In this document: positions 59,784 through 64,000 of the stretch, piece by piece
Layout: each line of letters begins with the position of its first letter
Numbering within the stretch: the first letter of the stretch is position 1
Assembly: GCA_965202805.1 (NCBI GenBank)
Contig: OZ241869.1
Location: forward strand, 1,888,001 to 1,952,000
From: Longimicrobiales bacterium
Lineage (GTDB): Bacteria; Gemmatimonadota; Gemmatimonadetes; Longimicrobiales; Gaopeijiaceae
Direction of reading: 5' to 3'
Length of the DNA stretch: 64,000 nucleotides
Made by a program: the position numbers and the translations under genes
The notes under the pieces: model-generated
The model's input: only the letters and a program-made list of their open reading frames with translations
What the model was told of the DNA's origin: nothing
The model's database searches: none

Positions 59784-60380
59784 ATGAAGATCTTGCGGGA
59801 AGGAGATCGCGGGTACGCTCTGGCGCCGGAACGCGGGCGCGTCGAGATCGTTTACGAGTACAGAACGATCGAACTCGAGAGGTCGAAGGCCACGGTCAGG
59901 AACGTGCTCGTCGGCGTGGATACCGAAACCGGAGAAGTTCTGACGGTGCCGGCCCAATCGACGCCGAAACTGAAAGCAGCAAGGGAAGCGAAGAAAGAGG
60001 AGGTGATGAGCGTCCGGATGCCACGGGAGCTCGACGACGTACTTCATCTCGTGGCGGACCGCTATCGCGTGGCGCCCAGGCAGTTCGCTCCCGCGGTAAT
60101 TCGTTACTACCTGACGCTGGCTCGCGTGGATGCCGGCATGGCTCGTCGGCTGAACACGCTCTCCAGGAGCCGCTTGGCGACGGGGAGGTGTCGGAAGGAC
60201 CTGCGCTTGAGGGTACCGCCGAAGCTTCTTGCGTGGTTACGCGACATCGCGGTCACTACAGAAGGAGCCACCAGGAGTGCAATGGTTCGAGGCGCAATCG
60301 TGGCGGCGAAGGAAGACGTGCTCGACGATCGCGCAAGACAGCGGCAACGGCATCTGGAGGCGATTGCCCGGGCCGTTTAG
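59784..60380 (+). CDS. hypothetical antitoxin/regulator-like protein (Zn-ribbon-like N-terminus without Cys, two RHH-like segments)
   Basis: VRNVLVGVDTETGEVLTVPAQSTP; MSVRMPRELDDVL; LRLRVPPKLLAWL...TRSAMVRGAI. Confidence 0.65.
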   Translation: MKILREGDRGYALAPERGRVEIVYEYRTIELERSKATVRNVLVGVDTETGEVLTVPAQSTPKLKAAREAKKEEVMSVRMPRELDDVLHLVADRYRVAPRQFAPAVIRYYLTLARVDAGMARRLNTLSRSRLATGRCRKDLRLRVPPKLLAWLRDIAVTTEGATRSAMVRGAIVAAKEDVLDDRARQRQRHLEAIARAV

Positions 60381-60395
60381 GTCCGAGACCAACAC

Positions 60396-61523
60396 CTACC
60401 ACCTCCCCTCCCCCAACCCGAACCCCTCCACCCCCCACTTCCCCTCCTCTCCCAGGCAGAAGTCCGCCATGATGCGACCGATCACGCTGCAGAACTTGTA
60501 GCCGTGGCCGGAGAAGCCGGCGGCGATGAAGGCGTCGTCCATGGCCGGGTGGCGGTCCAGGATGAAGTGCTCGTCGGGGCTGGTGGTGAACATGCACGCC
60601 ACGATGCGGCGGGTGGGGCCGTTCGCCTGCGGGAAGTAGGCCGCGATTCCCTCGCGCACGCCGGCTTCGTCCTCCGGTGAGCATTCCCGGTCCAGGCGGT
60701 CCGGGTCGGGCACGGGCTGCACGCGAAGATGATACTTGCCGATCTTGAACCCCTCGCCGCGGTCGCTGGGAAAGCCGTAGTAGCGTCCCAGCGGGGCCTG
60801 CAGCACGAAGATCGGGAACCGCTCCGGCTCGAACGGCGCCGCGTTCAGGGGCTCCGTCCAGAGCATCGTCTGACGCTCGGGCTGGCACAGGGGCGCGAGC
60901 TCCGGCACCAGCCGGCCCGCCCACGCACCGGCGGTGAACACCAGTTTCCCGGCCTCGTAGGTGCCGCTGGCCGTCTCCACCCGGAAGCCGGACGCGCGTT
61001 TCTCCCACCTGCGCACCGGCGACTCGGTCACGATCTCCGCGCCCAGCTCCCGCGCCGCGGCGGCATGCGCCCGGATCGCCACCTCCGAGCGCACGTAGCC
61101 GGCGTCCGCCTGGTAGATGGCCCTGAGCGATTCGGGGATCCGGTAGCCGGGGAAGCGCCGGTTGACCTCCGCGCCGTCGAGCTCCTCGAAGGGAATGCCG
61201 TGCTCGAGGCACGAACGCCGGGAGTTCTCGACCTTGGGGCTGTCGGGCGGCCCGATGTCGAGACCGCCGGTCACCACGAGGATCGACTCGCCCGAGACCT
61301 CCTCCAGCTCCCTCCAGTATCGATACGCGGCCCGGAGCAGCGGGACGTACTGCGGCCCCTCGGAGTACGCCAGGCGGATGATGCGCGTGGACCCGTGCGA
61401 GGAGCCGAACGCGTGCGGGACGGTGAACTGCTCCAGGCCCAGCACCCTGCATCCGCTCCGCGCGAGCTGGTAGACCGTGGCGCTGCCCATCCCGCCCACG
61501 CCGATCACGATGACGTCGTACAT
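60396..61523 (-). CDS. solA: N-methyl-L-tryptophan/sarcosine oxidase family
   Basis: YDVIVIGVGGMGSA, GSSHGSTRIIRLAY, ACMFTTSPDEHFILD, GFSGHGYKF. Confidence 0.92.
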   Translation of the reverse strand: MYDVIVIGVGGMGSATVYQLARSGCRVLGLEQFTVPHAFGSSHGSTRIIRLAYSEGPQYVPLLRAAYRYWRELEEVSGESILVVTGGLDIGPPDSPKVENSRRSCLEHGIPFEELDGAEVNRRFPGYRIPESLRAIYQADAGYVRSEVAIRAHAAAARELGAEIVTESPVRRWEKRASGFRVETASGTYEAGKLVFTAGAWAGRLVPELAPLCQPERQTMLWTEPLNAAPFEPERFPIFVLQAPLGRYYGFPSDRGEGFKIGKYHLRVQPVPDPDRLDRECSPEDEAGVREGIAAYFPQANGPTRRIVACMFTTSPDEHFILDRHPAMDDAFIAAGFSGHGYKFCSVIGRIMADFCLGEEGKWGVEGFGLGEGRW

Positions 61524-61694
61524 GCTCTCCCTTTCCCGTCGTCGGGGTTCCGTGCTTTGTTGAAATTGTAAAGTGCCGGTCTGGATCGCGCTGGTTCGGT
61601 CGACCGGCCGGGCCTCTCGATGAGCAGGTCGCGCAGAACCCGGGGCGGCCGACGACATCCGCGCCACATGGATCAACACGGCGAGGCAGGGACC

Positions 61695-62198
61695 ATGAAA
61701 GGGAAGATCCTGATACGGGGAGTCCTGGCGGCGGCCATGATGATCGCCACGCCCGCCGCGGCGCAGGTGGGCTTCCAGGCCGGCGGGCTCGTGTCGTGGC
61801 TCTACGAGTTCGAGCGGTCGACGAGGGTTGGATTCCAGGCAGGCGTGCACTACGACCTGCACGACCGCGTTCAGGTCGGCGTGCTCTACGTCAACAAGGG
61901 AGAGGATTGCTGCGCGGTGCACAGCATCGAGGTGCCCATCACCTACAGGCATCCGGTCGGCGAGATCGCGCATGTGCTCGTCGGTGTGGCGCCCGGCCAC
62001 GACGACCACGGCGATTGGTCCGAACCGATCGAGGTGAGCGCGCTGGTCGGCCTGGGCGCCGAGATGCTCCGCACGGACGAGCGCCTCATCTTCCTCGAGA
62101 TTGCGTTCACGCACGGCCTCATCGGCGCCCGGCACGATACAAGTTGGGAAACGAGACACTACAAGACGATCCGGGTCGGCCTGAACGTGCGCCGCTGA
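61695..62198 (+). CDS. exported hypothetical protein, small beta-barrel-like
   Basis: signal peptide ending PAAAQ; amphipathic strands GFQAG, IEVPITY, IRVGLNV. Confidence 0.6.
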   Translation: MKGKILIRGVLAAAMMIATPAAAQVGFQAGGLVSWLYEFERSTRVGFQAGVHYDLHDRVQVGVLYVNKGEDCCAVHSIEVPITYRHPVGEIAHVLVGVAPGHDDHGDWSEPIEVSALVGLGAEMLRTDERLIFLEIAFTHGLIGARHDTSWETRHYKTIRVGLNVRR

Positions 62199-62233
62199 AC
62201 TGAACCGATGACGATACCTGAAAGGGATCCCGC

Positions 62234-62625
62234 ATGAAGACACTGAGGGTTGGCATCGCCGACTACGACCAGATGAAGGCACGCACCATGGCGATTGCCC
62301 GCGGGGAGCGCGCGCCAGCGAAGGGTGAGCCCAGGTCTGGTTCACCTCGATCGAGAGCTTCGCGAGGCTGCTGTCCGAGCACAACCGACATCTCTTGGAG
62401 CTGATCGCCCGTGAGCAACCACGTTCGCTAACGGAGCTTGCGACGCTGGCCGGGCGCAGCAAGTCGAACCTCTCGCGAACTCTGAAGACGATGTCCCAAT
62501 ACGGACTCGTGGAATTGCAGAAGGGCGCGCGTGGTACGCTGGTGCCTAGCGTGCCCTACGACCAGGTGAGACTCGATGTCTCATTGACGGGGACGAGGGG
62601 TGAGTCGGTCGGTGTCAGGCCGTGA
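62234..62625 (+). pseudogene. wHTH antitoxin-like regulator (HVO_A0114-like), 1-nt frameshift near 62333
   Basis: MKTLRVGIADYDQMKARTMAIARGE...GEP continues in another frame as VWFTSIESFARLLSEHNRHLLELIA...SNLSRTLKTM. Confidence 0.8.
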
Positions 62626-62772
62626 AGGCGATCCGGGTCCCGCCCCTGATCGCGGGCGGCAACAGCTACGGTTTTCTTGATCGCAAACCCGCCAAATCAC
62701 TTGCCGATCCTTCAAGTTATTGATCTGCAATAACTTGCTTTCTTGACGGGTGTTTGATTGGTGGTCCTTTCT

Positions 62773-62809
62773 ATTCATGTTATGAATGATTATCATTCAC
62801 GTCATGAAT
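62773..62809. promoter_or_regulatory. nested palindrome at start of DUF4143 ATPase
   Basis: TGAATGAT-T-ATCATTCA (62783-62799) inside ATTCATG...CATGAAT. Confidence 0.6.
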
Positions 62810-64000
62810 GGTTTGTCGCTTCCCCGGGCCGTTTCCGGCACCCTCGACGCCATGATGCGGGTCATGCCCGCAGTCGTCGTGGCCGGGGCCCGTCAGACGG
62901 GAAAGAGCACGCTCGCGCGCGCGTTCGGCCAGCCGGTGGAGTTAGCCGGGCCCAAGCATGCGGCTCGGGAAGCCCGCCGCTACCTGTCCCTCGACGACCT
63001 GGACGTGCTCGATCTCGCGCGGCGCGACCCCGATGCGCTGGTCCAGGCTCGCCAGCCGGTAACGCTCGACGAGGTGCAGCGCGAGCCGGACCTCCTGAGC
63101 GCCGTCAAGCGAGAGATCGACCGGGAGCGCCGACCGGGACGCTTCCTCCTGACCGGATCCGCCAATCTGCTCCTGATGCGGAGGGTGTCGGAGTCATTGG
63201 CGGGCCGCGCCAGCTATCTGACCCTCTGGCCGATGACGCGAAGAGAGCAACTCGGCCTTGGCCAGTGCGGCATCTGGGAGAACCTGGTCAAGTCTCCTGA
63301 CCAGGATTGGCTCGATGTCGTGGCGGAGCACCCCGGCGATCCCGAGGACTGGCGGGCGCTCGCGCGGCGCGGCGGCTTCCCGGTTCCGGCCGTTCATCTC
63401 GACGCTCCCGCCGAGCGGGCGATCTGGTTCGACGGGTACGTGCGGACCTATCTCGAGCGCGACCTGCAGGCCCTTTCCTCGATCACGGCTCTTCCGGATT
63501 TCCGGCGGCTCATGCGTGCGGCGGCCCTGCGCCTCGGTGCGTTGCTCAATCAGACGGAGGTGGGCCGGGACATCGGCCTCCCGCAGCCGACGGTGCATCG
63601 CTGGCTCAACCTGCTCGAGACCTCCTACCTGCTCGTGCGGATTCCCGCGTATTCGGTCAACCGCACCAAGAGGCTGATCAAGGCTCCAAAACTGTACTGG
63701 AGCGACACGGGTCTGGCGATGCACCTCTCCCAGGAAGAGGAGCCCCGGGGCGCCCATCTGGAGAACGTCGTACTTCAGGACCTGCTGGCGTGGCGCGATT
63801 GCCGAACCGGGCGCGCCGAAGTGCTGCACTGGCGCACGACCACCGGCGAGGAAGTGGACTTCGTGATCGAGGCGAAGGGCTCGGTGCTGCCCATCGAGGT
63901 CAAGACCACCAGTCGGCCCCGCCTCCGCGACGCGGCCAACCTGCGTGCGTTCCACGCGGAGTACGGCCGGACCGCGCGCGCCGGTCTGCTCCTGCACGGC
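62804..64000 (+). CDS. AAA+ ATPase with DUF4143, runs off window end
   Basis: Own translation: GARQTGKST, LDEVQR, LLTGSAN, SESLAGR, TYLERD, KAPKLYWSDTGL, EVDFV...IEVK. Confidence 0.9.
   Translation, partial: MNGLSLPRAVSGTLDAMMRVMPAVVVAGARQTGKSTLARAFGQPVELAGPKHAAREARRYLSLDDLDVLDLARRDPDALVQARQPVTLDEVQREPDLLSAVKREIDRERRPGRFLLTGSANLLLMRRVSESLAGRASYLTLWPMTRREQLGLGQCGIWENLVKSPDQDWLDVVAEHPGDPEDWRALARRGGFPVPAVHLDAPAERAIWFDGYVRTYLERDLQALSSITALPDFRRLMRAAALRLGALLNQTEVGRDIGLPQPTVHRWLNLLETSYLLVRIPAYSVNRTKRLIKAPKLYWSDTGLAMHLSQEEEPRGAHLENVVLQDLLAWRDCRTGRAEVLHWRTTTGEEVDFVIEAKGSVLPIEVKTTSRPRLRDAANLRAFHAEYGRTARAGLLLHG

Noticed and set aside
59193..60776. Diversity-generating retroelement template/variable repeat pair
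   Set aside because: Differences are not adenine-specific, are mostly third-position, and no reverse transcriptase is present
1..64000. rRNA, tRNA or known riboswitch genes
   Set aside because: None recognised by eye; tRNAscan-SE and Infernal would be needed to exclude them formally

Overview
A high-GC bacterial window. The gene content (SusC-like TonB receptor, many exported hydrolases, 6-bladed propellers, Ig/spondin lipoprotein) suggests a Gemmatimonadota-like, possibly sponge-associated genome; this is inference only. About 50 genes can be supported, including recQ, an Xaa-Pro aminopeptidase, SulP, amidases, an S9 peptidase, ABC transporter genes and solA. Two accessory blocks stand out. 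(1) 30.0-37.4 kb is a putative sterol-tailoring cluster: RND permease, a GPP34/GOLPH3-like domain fused to a cytochrome P450, an ERG6/SMT-like sterol C-24 methyltransferase, and a convergent KshA/Neverland-like Rieske oxygenase. No cyclase is present in the window, so it may remodel host sterols. This is the best candidate for an undescribed system. (2) 49-59 kb is a lower-GC defence island: 5mC methyltransferase, MORC/GHKL ATPase, Z1 protein, McrBC with a swapped McrB N-terminal domain, and two further genes. It lies next to a ~380-bp duplicated 3' end of solA that brackets an orphan antitoxin-like gene. Also present: a HicB-like RHH-MNT/HEPN pair with a palindrome over its start, decayed toxin-antitoxin remnants, palindromes upstream of both DUF4143 ATPases, and several in-frame short tandem repeats. 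No rRNA, tRNA, CRISPR, integrase or transposase was recognised. All family assignments are motif recognition by eye, not database searches.
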